From Spirochaetota bacterium (GTDB lineage Bacteria > Spirochaetota > UBA4802 > UBA5550), in the NCBI GenBank assembly GCA_036745755.1, contig DAIOFM010000007.1, positions 5,696 through 69,695 of the forward strand: a DNA stretch of 64,000 bases, read 5' to 3'. The position numbers and the translations under genes were made by a program. Under the pieces are notes generated by a model, which was not told where the DNA came from, ran no database searches, and worked only from the letters and a program-made list of their open reading frames with translations. Positions 27,391 through 35,551 of this stretch are shown here, in pieces; positions within the stretch are counted from its first letter, which is position 1; each line of letters starts with the position of its first letter.

Positions 27391-30300
27391 TGCTCTTAAA
27401 TCCTTTAACCAGGATTTTAAGTGATTCAGTCTCCGGGAGAATCATAAGATTACCCATCACCTGATCATCTTCAAAATAAAACGCAGTTTCCATAACAATG
27501 GCATAATCATGCTCTATGTTGTGCATCACAAGTACTGAATCGATCACAGACTGAAGAAAATCATGAACAAAAACCGGAACATTGGGCTTAACCACAAGGT
27601 TTGATTTTTCAGCATAAATATTAAGAATTGATGCACCTATAATATTTGTCAGCTCTTTAAGAGCAGAGATACCGTCTTCACTCAGTTCTTTCGTTGATTG
27701 AGAGCTGTATCCGTAGAGCATATCCACAAGTTCAAATCCCACGCTCTCAGTAAGAAGAAGCAACAATGTTCCGTTTATTTCCCCCTCTATCCCCAGCATA
27801 ACGCCTATATAAGGCTCATTAAGTTCGCCGAGAAAATCAGGAATCTTTTCAACCGGGGTCAGTCTGACTTCAGGTATAGCCAGATCTATTCTTTTTGCGA
27901 GTATCTTCGATATCGACTCAGCAGCATTAGCTGCCCCCATGTTTGACAGAAGGCTGAACTCATTAAGTTCCTCCTTTTCTATATTTAACTCTGTCGCAAT
28001 ATGGGAATCAGGTGCCCCTTTGCTTACAGCAAGATCGACATTCTGTTTCAGTTCTTCCCTGAATTCAGTGAGTGCGCCTTTCACCTTATCTTCAAGTTCA
28101 GAATCAACCGGCTCTGCATTGAGTTCCGCAGCCGCGTCAACAGCAACAGTAATTTCTACAGACTCCTCTTCTTTTACTTCCGGCTGTTCCGCTGATTCCG
28201 GTTCAGCTGCGATGGAGGTTTCGACAGAAGCTTCCTCTGCTTCGCCGGCCTCTTCCTCTTTTTCCGTTGCCGCTTCCCCAGCAGGTGCTTCTCCGGCTTC
28301 AACGGCCTCTTCGCCTGAGGCTGTTTCCTCCGCTTCCGCTATCTCTTCCTGCCCGGATTTCTCTTTCTCATCATCAAAAAGGAACACATCAGATGCATAG
28401 TTCGGCTTACCTCCTGCTTCGGGCATAGACACTTCATCCTTCTTAACTAATCCCGACAGATATTCAGTCTCAGCCTTCAGTTGTTCAGCTGCAATTTCAG
28501 GAGTTTCCTCTTTCTCTTCCAGGATCACTTCATCCTCAGCAACGTCCGCCAGTCGGGCTTTAACAATTTTCTCCCTCTCCTCCTGGCTCAGCTTCTCCTG
28601 CTGTGTAATTACCTTATTTATCATCGCCTGTATATCAAGAATAAGGCATATACTTCCATCACCGAGAATGGAGGCACCGGCAAGTCCTTCAACTGTAGTA
28701 TAGTTCTGCTCAAGAGATTTTATTACTATCTCCATCTTCCCTTCAAGGAAATCAACAATAAGCCCTATCTTCCTGTTGCCGAAACCTACAACAACAACCG
28801 GGATCTTTTCTGTACTCTTAAGCGCGGTCTTTATTCCTATAAATTCATTAAGCCTGAGAAGAGACAGAATTTCCCCCCTCAGGTTGATAACTTCATGCCC
28901 CTCTATTGTAGCAATATCAGTCTGGGATATTTTGATAGTTTCAATTACATCCGACAGAGGGATAGCGTAGACCTCCTTTCTCACCTTGACCATAATAGCA
29001 GGAATAATCGCGAGAGTCAGAGGGAATGTGAGTATAAAACGCGTACCCATACCCTTCTCTGTTTCAATACTTACCGTACCGTTAAGTTCATTAACAATTT
29101 CCCTGACTACGTTCATACCCACACCGCGGCCCGAAATATCCGTAATAATCTTCGCAGTGGAAAATCCCGGTATAAAAATAAAGTTATATATATCAGAGTC
29201 ATCCATGTTCGCTAAAATTTCAGGAGTGGAAAGATTTTTCTCCACGACCTTAGCCTTTATCGCTTCCGGATCAAGCCCCCGGCCGTCATCGCTTATCTCA
29301 ACAAAAATCTGGTTCCCGCCCTGGTAAGCGTTCAGGTTGATTGTTGCCGTTTCAGGTTTCCCGAGGCGGGCCCTCTCTTCCGGTGATTCGATACCGTGAT
29401 CAACAGCATTCCTAATCAGATGCAGCAGCGGCTCACCTATTACATCAATTACCTTTTTATCAAGTTCGGTATCTTCACCCCTGATTATCAGGTCGACATT
29501 TTTCTTATGCTCCTTCGCGAGGTCCCTTACAAGTCTGTTGAACCTGCTGAAAACCTGCCCGATGGGAACCATTCTTGTTTTCATTATTCCGGTCTGGAGG
29601 TCCTTGGCAATCCTTGACATCTGCTCCATCCGGTTTTTAAATTCTGTAATAACAGATTTGTTACCGGAGTACTTTCTAAGCTCTTCATAAAGCCTGTAAA
29701 AACCTGAATTAGCTATTACAAGCTCACCGACATTATTGAGAAGAAGATCCAGCTTGTCGATTGACACCTTGACTGTCTTGAGCATCGGGGCCTTTCTCCT
29801 GTCATGATCAACGGGAACGTCCGATACTCTCCTCTCAAACAGGCTGGCTTCTGTTTCATCACCTTCATCCTGCCCCTCGTCATTATCATCTTCAAAGGCC
29901 ATGATTTCAGCTAAATCACTATCAATGGTTCTGCCTTCTTCCGCAACCACGTTCGTTTTTTCCGGGAGTTCAACAGTAAGAGGGGCTCCTATTTTAAGGA
30001 GTTCACGTCCCTCTTTCAAAACTGTAGAAATCTGCCTTAACTCTATACTATCGATCTGATCAATATCACATTCCCTGTATACCTGGCTGATATTAAGTTC
30101 GCTGAGAAATATTATCTTAAACGTGTTAATAGCCTCATCAGCGCTTATCTCTTCTATCGGGGGTATTATTTTAACGATCTCCCCGGCACGCTCAAGGTTT
30201 GTGGCTATAAGCTGGCTTTTAACCCATTTCATCTGCGCAGTCTGTTCAATCGTTACGGTAATTTCAAGGCAATCTTTTCCTTCAGAAATAGCGTCTTTAA

Positions 30301-30790
30301 TTCCAGCGCTTTCAGAAGATGTGAATGTGGTTTTAATTGAAACCTTTGGAGCTGCAGGCTTAACGGCCACCTCCGGGGAAGCCTCTGACAGGTTGCTTAT
30401 TTTAGAACTTTCATTAACCTGATTGATCCGTTCCTGTAACGGTTTAAGATCCTGTTTAGGCTCAGTACCTGAAGCAATAAGTTCAATTACTTCATTTATA
30501 ACATCAAAACATTTGAAAATAACATCCACTACTTCAGGAGTTACAGAGTTCGTTTTATCTCTTATACCCTGGAGAAGATTTTCCATCCTGTGGGCAAGAT
30601 CACTCAAATCGTTAAGTCCCACAAACGCTGCTGAACTTTTAAGTGAATGGGCAGCCCTGAAAATATTATTTATAATTTCTTCATCTTCAGGATTTCTTTC
30701 CAGAACCAGCAGGCTTTTGTTGAGTTCCTGAAGAAGCTCATCCGCCTCTTCAAGAAAAATATCCTGATATTCACCCAGAGAAAATGACAT
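27383..30790 (-). CDS. cheA: Chemotaxis histidine kinase CheA with acidic linker and C-terminal CheC/CheX-like domain
   Basis: Hpt domain (AAHSLKSSAAFVG), dimerisation and HATPase blocks (HLIRNAVDHGIE, GRGVGMNVV) and a CheW-like domain. A Glu/Ala-rich linker follows. The final ~200 aa carry S-x3-E-x2-N-x22-P (SALKELTN...NVP). Confidence 0.9.
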   Translation of the reverse strand: MSFSLGEYQDIFLEEADELLQELNKSLLVLERNPEDEEIINNIFRAAHSLKSSAAFVGLNDLSDLAHRMENLLQGIRDKTNSVTPEVVDVIFKCFDVINEVIELIASGTEPKQDLKPLQERINQVNESSKISNLSEASPEVAVKPAAPKVSIKTTFTSSESAGIKDAISEGKDCLEITVTIEQTAQMKWVKSQLIATNLERAGEIVKIIPPIEEISADEAINTFKIIFLSELNISQVYRECDIDQIDSIELRQISTVLKEGRELLKIGAPLTVELPEKTNVVAEEGRTIDSDLAEIMAFEDDNDEGQDEGDETEASLFERRVSDVPVDHDRRKAPMLKTVKVSIDKLDLLLNNVGELVIANSGFYRLYEELRKYSGNKSVITEFKNRMEQMSRIAKDLQTGIMKTRMVPIGQVFSRFNRLVRDLAKEHKKNVDLIIRGEDTELDKKVIDVIGEPLLHLIRNAVDHGIESPEERARLGKPETATINLNAYQGGNQIFVEISDDGRGLDPEAIKAKVVEKNLSTPEILANMDDSDIYNFIFIPGFSTAKIITDISGRGVGMNVVREIVNELNGTVSIETEKGMGTRFILTFPLTLAIIPAIMVKVRKEVYAIPLSDVIETIKISQTDIATIEGHEVINLRGEILSLLRLNEFIGIKTALKSTEKIPVVVVGFGNRKIGLIVDFLEGKMEIVIKSLEQNYTTVEGLAGASILGDGSICLILDIQAMINKVITQQEKLSQEEREKIVKARLADVAEDEVILEEKEETPEIAAEQLKAETEYLSGLVKKDEVSMPEAGGKPNYASDVFLFDDEKEKSGQEEIAEAEETASGEEAVEAGEAPAGEAATEKEEEAGEAEEASVETSIAAEPESAEQPEVKEEESVEITVAVDAAAELNAEPVDSELEDKVKGALTEFREELKQNVDLAVSKGAPDSHIATELNIEKEELNEFSLLSNMGAANAAESISKILAKRIDLAIPEVRLTPVEKIPDFLGELNEPYIGVMLGIEGEINGTLLLLLTESVGFELVDMLYGYSSQSTKELSEDGISALKELTNIIGASILNIYAEKSNLVVKPNVPVFVHDFLQSVIDSVLVMHNIEHDYAIVMETAFYFEDDQVMGNLMILPETESLKILVKGFKSNV

Positions 30791-30822
30791 ATCTCATAAC
30801 TCCATTATTTTTAATATAGCCA

Positions 30823-31374
30823 TTAAAGAACACCAGGTGTTTCCATGGCTGTTTTATTATCAATTTCTTCAAGAAACATTGAAAGTGACATGTTAAGTAT
30901 TACAATAAGACGATCCTTCAAACGCCCTATTCCCGTAATAAAATCTTCAGAAACACCTGTTATAAGCTCAGATGGCGGATCAACATTTGTCAGAGGTATC
31001 CGTACAACCTGATAAACATTATCAACAAGAAGACCTACCTGCTTCCCTCCTGTTTCAACAACAATAATCCTCGTCAGATCAGTTATTTCACCTTTAGGGA
31101 ATCCGAACCTGATCCTGACATCAACAACAGGGATAACATTACCTCTCAGGTTTATGACTCCCTTTATGAAATCAGGTGTATTTGGTAATCTTGTGATATC
31201 AGGATACCTGAGTATCTCATGAACCCTGAGAATATCCACTCCATACTCAACTTCATCGAGCATAAAGCTCACAAGCTGCATTACCTCACTGTCGCTAATT
31301 TCATCAGCTGCGATTGTTTCTTCTTCAACAGGGTCACTGTTTTTTACTTTCTGAATAATTTTATTCACATCCAT
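30823..31374 (-). CDS. cheW: Chemotaxis coupling protein CheW
   Basis: Contains EYGVDILRVHEI...INLRGNVIPVVDVR, the typical CheW pattern. Confidence 0.85.
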   Translation of the reverse strand: MDVNKIIQKVKNSDPVEEETIAADEISDSEVMQLVSFMLDEVEYGVDILRVHEILRYPDITRLPNTPDFIKGVINLRGNVIPVVDVRIRFGFPKGEITDLTRIIVVETGGKQVGLLVDNVYQVVRIPLTNVDPPSELITGVSEDFITGIGRLKDRLIVILNMSLSMFLEEIDNKTAMETPGVL

Positions 31375-31415
31375 ACGGGTTTTTCCTGTTAAAACCTTTT
31401 TATTTTTATGTATAC

Positions 31416-31444
31416 ATTATATACAATCAAAACAGATAAAACAA
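31416..31444 (-). promoter_or_regulatory. Candidate sigma-70 promoter for the cheW-cheA-cheB operon
   Basis: On the minus strand, a perfect TATAAT (31421-31416) with TTGTTT 17 nt upstream (31444-31439). It lies about 40 nt from the cheW ATG. Confidence 0.35.
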
Positions 31445-31744
31445 ATTTCCGCCCTTTCACCAGGCCTACAAAGCCTCTCTTCGGGACAATATATAAAGCA
31501 CCATAACTGAATACTATCCGCAATCAGGACATTTGAAAAACTAAAAATCTCCTGTATCGCAATTTTAAATAATCTTTCATGATTAATTATTTTGAATACT
31601 GTAATAATTCAATTAAAATATGAATATATTTTAACTTTTTCAACATTTATATACAATAATAAAATACTATACACCTCAGGTGTACTACAATCTCAAAAAA
31701 ACTCTATTATTGACTGATGCCGTATAAAAAATATTCAAAAAATA

Positions 31745-31935
31745 CCTCCTTGCCTCCCGGAGACACAGAAAATTACTCTATTACCCCCGCAACCCGGGGT
31801 TGCAGGGGAATATGCTATCATTTTGTGCAAAAATATATACTCAGGAATTAGTTCTGTTTCAGAATACATCAAAATACGTTGTCTTTGTTCAGACTTCAGC
31901 AGGTTAAAATAGAGGCTTATGGGGATGGAATGATA
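31745..31935 (-). ncRNA. Candidate structured RNA downstream of zapA (possible 6S/ssrS-like RNA or complex terminator)
   Basis: A non-coding stretch directly after the zapA stop contains an 11-bp GC-rich hairpin (CCCCTGCAACC-ccg-GGTTGCGGGGG, about 31783-31807). An interrupted helix ACAGAAcuAATT/AATTTTCTGT brackets it. The zapA-ssrS linkage is known from E. coli. I could not build a convincing 6S closing stem by hand. Confidence 0.2.
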
Positions 31936-31939
31936 AGGT

Positions 31940-32263
31940 TTACCGCTCCAATCCCGCACCGGCACCTGAAAAAATGTCTCCGATAAGTCCCTCGTCAAGT
32001 AGTGAAATAATCGCCCGGGCCTTATCTTCAATCGCACCTTCAATTCCTGTATTAATTCTTTTTAACTGATAATATTCATCAGCAATATTAAGAGATACAA
32101 GTATTGCCATTTGAAGAGTACTGACGCTGGAAACATTACGGCTGACCTCTTCAACCTTTTCATTAACATAGTCGGCAAGCTGCATAATATACTCAGGGGG
32201 AGCGTCTCCCTTAATGCTATAAGTCTGTCCCAGAATATTTACTTTTACCTTACTCGATTCCAT
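31940..32263 (-). CDS. zapA: Cell division protein ZapA
   Basis: 107 aa; VNILGQTYSIKGDAPPEYIMQLADYVNEKV matches the ZapA N-terminal pattern. Confidence 0.75.
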   Translation of the reverse strand: MESSKVKVNILGQTYSIKGDAPPEYIMQLADYVNEKVEEVSRNVSSVSTLQMAILVSLNIADEYYQLKRINTGIEGAIEDKARAIISLLDEGLIGDIFSGAGAGLER

Positions 32264-32277
32264 AATTATTCCTGTCT

Positions 32278-33069
32278 CTATTTTACTTCGTCATCTTCAA
32301 TTATAATTATTTCATCGTCATCTTCTGCCGGCGAAGCTTCAACCACTTCAGCTCTTTCCGGTTCATCATCAACGATAAAATCCTCATCATCTATAATGAT
32401 CTCCTCATCATGGACATCCTCAATCACCATCTCGTCTTCATCATCGAGAAGTATAATTTCGTCCTCATCACTCCCGGCATCCGCAACCGGCTCTGATGAC
32501 TGTTCATCGTGAAGAGATATCTCATCCTCGTCATCTATAATTATAATCTCGTCATCTTCATCTTTATCAGCCGCTCCTGCAGGCTCAACTGTTTCAACCT
32601 TCAGTTCATCCTCTTCTTTTTCCAGCTCACCGCCATCCCCGGCAATAACAGCCTCTTCATCAGATTCAATAATTAAATCCCGGTCCTCCTCGCTTACAGC
32701 AGGAGATTCCTCGTAACCGGCAACAGGTTCAGAAGACGGGAAGGTTTCCGTATAAAAATCCGTAGCTGCCGGGGCGGATCCGGTCTGCAATACATCGAGT
32801 TTACCAAGAAGACTGATTATTTTCTTTTCAAGTGTATCCTCTTTGTCTTTAAGGTCTTTAAGTTCCCTGGTTGCTGCTTCGAGTTCTCTTTTTACCTTTT
32901 CTATTTCCTGTTCTTTCTCTTCAAGAGAGAGTTTTACATCCTCAACTTCACTTTTCAGAGTTTCATTTTCATTTTCAAGTTTGGAGTTTTCTGTTCTTAA
33001 TTCCCCGATAAGGTGAAGGGCCTTTATTACCCTGTTCTCCAGTTCTTCCAGCTGCTGCATTGTAATCAT
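32278..33069 (-). CDS. ZapB-like coiled-coil protein with long acidic repeat tail
   Basis: The N-terminal ~95 aa form a leucine-zipper-like coiled coil (LEELENRVIKALHLIGELRTENSKLENENETLKSEV). The C-terminal ~140 aa consist of blocks such as DEIIIIDDEDE. It lies immediately upstream of zapA. Confidence 0.55.
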   Translation of the reverse strand: MITMQQLEELENRVIKALHLIGELRTENSKLENENETLKSEVEDVKLSLEEKEQEIEKVKRELEAATRELKDLKDKEDTLEKKIISLLGKLDVLQTGSAPAATDFYTETFPSSEPVAGYEESPAVSEEDRDLIIESDEEAVIAGDGGELEKEEDELKVETVEPAGAADKDEDDEIIIIDDEDEISLHDEQSSEPVADAGSDEDEIILLDDEDEMVIEDVHDEEIIIDDEDFIVDDEPERAEVVEASPAEDDDEIIIIEDDEVK

Positions 33070-33288
33070 TGTATAACCTCCCGGATGTCTCTTCTATTTC
33101 AGATAACTGAGAATAGCGAGCCTGTTATTTTTATCGACATAATCATTTCAGGAATTAATAGCTTCCGTATAATAAAATAATAAATACCCTTAAACATTTT
33201 AACATTAGATCTGAATATAATGCCCGTTCCTCTATACAATATAACCAAAGAGAAAGATACGTCAAGTATTATGAAGCAGACTTGATTT

Positions 33289-34185
33289 TCAGAAAAAAAT
33301 ATTTAATCCGGCACCGGCGCCCCATTTTCGCTCTCCCTGTGAATAAAAAGGGTTAACATTTACGTTCAAATGCAGAAAAGCACTATCCCTGACAAAATAC
33401 TTAATCCCTGTAGAAAGCAAGGTCAAAGGTCCGCCGGAGTCCGCCGATGAAGCCTCTCTCTCCTCTCTGAAGTTACCGGATGTATAAACCATTTCACCAT
33501 AAAAGACTGCGGGGTATAACCTTTTTTCAATAATTGATAATGCAGAAGTGAAATAATCATCTGAGATCCTGTCACCGGAAAAAAACGAATCACCATAGAA
33601 AGGGTTCAGCCCGAAAAAAGATTTATAAGTATCCGGCTCCTGCAGGTCCCCCCTCAATGCGCCGTAAAAATCATCCCCCTCCCCCTCACTTAACACATAG
33701 GAAAGGTTGAAACTCAAAACCTCTTTTTCAGTTAAATTAAAAGAAAAGACAGGGCCTATTTTAATTTCATTCCTGCCCACAGAAAGGTTCCGCCACTCTT
33801 CATCTTCTGACGGATCAGGACCGGAAGGTATGCGCACAGCAAAGCTTATGCCCGTATCGAGTTTTTCATTTAAACAACGCCCTGTGTAACGCCATAATTC
33901 AACAAGGATATCGCCCGATTCACCGCTCTCTTCAGCTAAATCACTGTTAAGATAGCTCCATCTGCAGCCCAGAGTAGTATAATAATTCAGGCCGAGATCT
34001 ATATTTATAACATCAATTCTGCTGGTTTTATCATCTGCTATTAATTCCTCCCCCATATAGAGGTCGAGCACATCCGCAGGGACAGTATAACATGTTCTGC
34101 TCATAGGAAGGGGATAAACTCCGGGTGAAAATAAAATCAGCACCATTGTTATGGTGCTGATCCTTTTAATAAAAGAGCCTATCAT
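33289..34185 (-). CDS. Putative outer-membrane beta-barrel protein
   Basis: Signal-like N-terminus, alternating hydrophobic patterns, many Gly/Tyr/Asn residues, and a C-terminus GAGAGLNIFF ending in Phe. Confidence 0.4.
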   Translation of the reverse strand: MIGSFIKRISTITMVLILFSPGVYPLPMSRTCYTVPADVLDLYMGEELIADDKTSRIDVINIDLGLNYYTTLGCRWSYLNSDLAEESGESGDILVELWRYTGRCLNEKLDTGISFAVRIPSGPDPSEDEEWRNLSVGRNEIKIGPVFSFNLTEKEVLSFNLSYVLSEGEGDDFYGALRGDLQEPDTYKSFFGLNPFYGDSFFSGDRISDDYFTSALSIIEKRLYPAVFYGEMVYTSGNFREEREASSADSGGPLTLLSTGIKYFVRDSAFLHLNVNVNPFYSQGERKWGAGAGLNIFF

Positions 34186-34200
34186 TAAATAATTGACTGG

Positions 34201-34557
34201 TTACGCTGCTTTCTTATTCACATTTTCAACTATCTTTCTGAAAGCGTCCATATCCTTTACCGCTATCTCCGCAAGCATCTTTCTGTTGATATCAACATTG
34301 TTCGCTTTTAAAGCGCCGATTAACCTGCTGTATGAGATACCGCATGATCTTGCCGCTGCGTTAATTCTCATAATCCAGAGTGCCCTGAAATCTCTCTTCT
34401 TCAGTCTTCTGTGCTTATATGAATTCTGGAGAGCCCTTCTTCTGGCATCCTTGGCTGTCCTGAACAGTTTGCTCCTGGCGCCCCTGAATCCCTTGACATC
34501 CTTCAATATTCTCTTTCTTCTTTTCTGGTGTATTCTACCAGTAGTCGCTCTAGCCAT
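34201..34557 (-). CDS. rplT: 50S ribosomal protein L20
   Basis: MARATTGRIHQKRRKRILKDVKGFRGARSKLFRTAK is the typical L20 N-terminus. Confidence 0.9.
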   Translation of the reverse strand: MARATTGRIHQKRRKRILKDVKGFRGARSKLFRTAKDARRRALQNSYKHRRLKKRDFRALWIMRINAAARSCGISYSRLIGALKANNVDINRKMLAEIAVKDMDAFRKIVENVNKKAA

Positions 34558-34595
34558 TTTTACCCTCTTCTCTACTCAATTGTGATGATTTCCAA

Positions 34596-34793
34596 TCAGC
34601 CATACGGAAGCATGGCTTTAACTCTTGCTGCTTCAGATTCAGAAACAGTCGCTGTTCCTCTGAGTTTCATTTTGCGTTTCGGAGATTTTTTCTCAAGAAT
34701 ATGTCTTTTGAACCCCTTTGCGCTCAAGACTTTCCCGTTTTTCGTTATTCTGAATCTCTTTTTTGCCCCGCTGTTAGACTTAAGTTTAGGCAT
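34596..34793 (-). CDS. rpmI: 50S ribosomal protein L35
   Basis: MPKLKSNSGAKKRFRITKNGKV is the typical L35 N-terminus. Confidence 0.9.
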   Translation of the reverse strand: MPKLKSNSGAKKRFRITKNGKVLSAKGFKRHILEKKSPKRKMKLRGTATVSESEAARVKAMLPYG

Positions 34794-34835
34794 ATTTTTA
34801 CCCCTTATTCTTCTTTCAAGCTTATTGTCATTATA

Positions 34836-35390
34836 TCAGTTTTTCTTAAGCGCTGAGACAGGATTCATAAACATTGTGATATTTCTACCTTCCTGGGCCG
34901 GTTTCTTCTCAACGACCGCGACATCCTTCAGGACTTCCTGAATTCTGTTCATTACTTCAAAGCCCAGTTCAGGATGGACCATTTCACGCCCTCTGAACAT
35001 CAATGTAAACTTTACTTTGTCACCCTTCTCAAGAAAACTCTTTGCATTATTAACTTTATGCTGAAAGTCATTTGAATCAATTGCCGGACGCATCTTGATC
35101 TCTTTAACATGTATGACTTTCTGCTTTTTTTTGGCCTCTTTGGCCTTTTTTATCTGATCAAATCTGAATTTGCTGTAATCTATTATTTTTACTACAGGAG
35201 GATCCTGGTTTGCTGTAATTTCGACAAGATCCAGATTTTTCTCCCTTGCCATTTCAAGAGCCTTGCTCATCGGGATTATCTGCGGCTCGCCCTCTTCTCC
35301 TACAAGCCTTACTTCCGGAGCGTTTATCTCCTCATTTATTCTGAACTTATCGAACTTGTCTCTACCAGGCGACTTACCTTTGTTTATCAA
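34836..35390 (-). CDS. infC: Translation initiation factor IF-3
   Basis: Contains RINEEINAPEVRLVGEEGEPQII and the C-terminal domain. The frame starts at TTG 35390 (GGGGG 5 nt upstream). A non-AUG start is the conserved autoregulatory feature of infC. Confidence 0.9.
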   Translation of the reverse strand: MINKGKSPGRDKFDKFRINEEINAPEVRLVGEEGEPQIIPMSKALEMAREKNLDLVEITANQDPPVVKIIDYSKFRFDQIKKAKEAKKKQKVIHVKEIKMRPAIDSNDFQHKVNNAKSFLEKGDKVKFTLMFRGREMVHPELGFEVMNRIQEVLKDVAVVEKKPAQEGRNITMFMNPVSALKKN

Positions 35391-35551
35391 AATTACCCCC
35401 GTATAAAATAATATCTCTCACGTCAGAATGAAACAACATACCGATTTAAATCAATAAAAAATTCATCCCCAGGGTATATTTTTTTATATCAGTGGTAACT
35501 TTATGCCACGATTATGCCGATTTACAAGTTTTAAACCCTTTTTTATCCGCC

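Noticed and set aside
27939-29327. Plus-strand ORFs (153, 244 and 113 aa) inside cheA, including a Ser/Ala-rich one
   Set aside because: They are antisense shadows of cheA. The Ser/Ala-rich ORF is simply the complement of the Glu/Ala-rich linker codons.
31735-32043. 102-aa minus-strand ORF spanning the zapA 3' end and the downstream spacer
   Set aside because: It overlaps zapA in another frame, has no RBS, and its sequence is an artefact of reading through the GC hairpin.
32111-32512. 133-aa Ser/Ile-rich plus-strand ORF
   Set aside because: It is the antisense of the acidic Asp/Glu/Ile repeat tail of the ZapB-like gene (GAT/GAA complement gives ATC/TTC-type codons).
34193-34941. Plus-strand ORFs of 130 and 137 aa across rplT, rpmI and infC
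   Set aside because: They are antisense to unmistakable ribosomal protein genes.
35391-35551. Possible L20-leader or thrS-operator-like element between thrS and infC
   Set aside because: No convincing pseudoknot or hairpin mimic could be built by hand. The region is AT-rich with only trivial stems.
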